32,000 nt of DNA from Mycobacterium leprae TN (lineage in GTDB: Bacteria > Actinomycetota > Actinomycetes > Mycobacteriales > Mycobacteriaceae): contig NC_002677.1 of NCBI RefSeq assembly GCF_000195855.1, forward strand, positions 1,650,001 to 1,682,000, given 5' to 3'. The notes below the pieces were generated by a model. It was not told where the DNA came from and made no database searches. It was given only the letters and a program-made list of their open reading frames with translations. The number at the start of each line of letters is the position of its first letter. Position 1 is the first letter of the stretch. The translations under genes and the position numbers were made by a program. This document shows, piece by piece, positions 29,214-32,000 of this stretch.

Positions 29214-30188
29214 TTGCCCCCGTCCGCAAAATCTACCTACCCTGGCCAAGTGGAAGGCGCTCCTCACGATGGGACCCCGTCCGCGCCTCAGGAACCGGAC
29301 GAGGACACGGTCACCGTGCCGGCGCCGGCCTTGATACGACGTTCTTCGGTGTCGATGCCCAACGCCGCACAGTGGCTACATACCACAAACCGCAGCCCCC
29401 GGCTAGTGGCGATGGTCCGGCGGGCACGACGACTGTTGCCTGGCGATCCTGACTTTGGTGATCCTCTGTCCACCGCGGGTGAGGGTGGCCCACGTGCCGC
29501 GGCACGAGCTGCCGACCGGTTGCTAGGGGATCGCGGTGCGGCGTCGCGTGAGGTGAGTCTGAGTGTGCTACAGGTGTGGCAGGCATTGACCGAGGCCATT
29601 GCCCGACGGCCGGTCAATCCGGAGGTGACGCTGGTATTCACCGACCTGGTTGGCTTCTCCGGGTGGTCATTGCAAGCTGGTGACGAAGCGACCCTGGCAC
29701 TGCTGCGACAGGTAGCGCGCGCTGTTGAGTCACCGTTGCTCGATGCCGGTGGGCATATCGTCAAGCGAATGGGGGACGGGATCATGGCAGTGTTTCGCGA
29801 TCCGTCAGTCGCCGTACAGGCCGTACTGGCTGCCACGGAAGCGATGAAATCAGTCGAGGTAGGAGGCTACACACCGCGAATCCGTGTCGGAATACACACT
29901 GGCCGGCCACAACGACTGGCCGCGGACTGGCTTGGTGTTGACGTCAATATCGCCGCGCGCGTTATGGAGCGCGCGACAAAAGGTGGCATCATGATCTCTG
30001 GCCCTACCCTGGACCTGATACCACAAAGTGACCTGAAAGAGCTAGGCATTATTACTAGGCGCGTCCGAAAACCCATGTTCACCAGCAAATTCACCGGTAT
30101 TCCCCCGGACATGGTGATTTATCGCATCAAGGCTCGTAGGGAGTTGACAGCTTCAGATGAAACAGCTCAAACAAATTCCCTGACATAG
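29214..30188 (+). CDS. Class III adenylate cyclase (Rv1647/ML1399-type)
   Basis: A 324-aa ORF with the cyclase homology domain: VTLVFTDLVGFSGW (metal-binding Asp), HIVKRMGDGIMAVF, RIRVGIHTGRP, GVDVNIAARV. The start is uncertain: TTG 29214 per the ORF track, with an alternative ATG at 29355. Confidence 0.9.
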   Translation: MPPSAKSTYPGQVEGAPHDGTPSAPQEPDEDTVTVPAPALIRRSSVSMPNAAQWLHTTNRSPRLVAMVRRARRLLPGDPDFGDPLSTAGEGGPRAAARAADRLLGDRGAASREVSLSVLQVWQALTEAIARRPVNPEVTLVFTDLVGFSGWSLQAGDEATLALLRQVARAVESPLLDAGGHIVKRMGDGIMAVFRDPSVAVQAVLAATEAMKSVEVGGYTPRIRVGIHTGRPQRLAADWLGVDVNIAARVMERATKGGIMISGPTLDLIPQSDLKELGIITRRVRKPMFTSKFTGIPPDMVIYRIKARRELTASDETAQTNSLT

Positions 30189-30216
30189 TGGATGTCGATG
30201 ATTTATAGCATCTAGT

Positions 30217-32000
<1,784 letters not shown>

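Noticed and set aside
29288-29836. 182-aa minus-strand ORF antisense to the adenylate cyclase
   Set aside because: It is an antisense artefact. The cyclase motifs on the plus strand are unambiguous.

Overview
The window reads as Mycobacterium leprae chromosome. It carries an RLEP dispersed repeat with exact matches (1352-1604) to the diagnostic RLEP primers and probe as I remember them. The gene order follows M. tuberculosis Rv1629-Rv1649. Genes I read as intact: polA (partial, minus strand), rpsA, coaE, a DUF402-like ORF, uvrB, a GT-C membrane glycosyltransferase, a universal stress protein, an MBL-fold hydrolase, uvrA, lysX, infC-rpmI-rplT, a TrmH-family methyltransferase, a class III adenylate cyclase and pheS (partial). 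Between them are at least six decayed genes: a LysE-family exporter, a two-FHA ABC transporter of the Rv1747 type, a PknF-like Ser/Thr kinase, an MFS transporter, a DUF2236/MpaB-like protein and a small membrane protein. There are also eroded spacers where relatives carry genes. I saw no tRNA, rRNA, CRISPR array or intact mobile element, and no convincing novel multi-gene system. The accessory DNA here is mostly pseudogene debris. The leads most worth a second look are: (1) a perfect 26-bp inverted repeat 225 bp upstream of uvrB; (2) the structured infC leader, with three hairpins (the last followed by a T-run), a short overlapping uORF and a non-canonical ATC start; (3) a RecA-NDp/PafBC-type promoter motif upstream of uvrA; (4) RLEP at a polA/rpsA synteny break, abutting the polA 5' end; (5) the kinase and FHA-ABC partner genes both decayed, arranged head-to-head and relocated; (6) a DUF402 reading frame whose conserved N-terminus has no canonical start codon. 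All homology statements come from my own translation and remembered family signatures, not from database searches.
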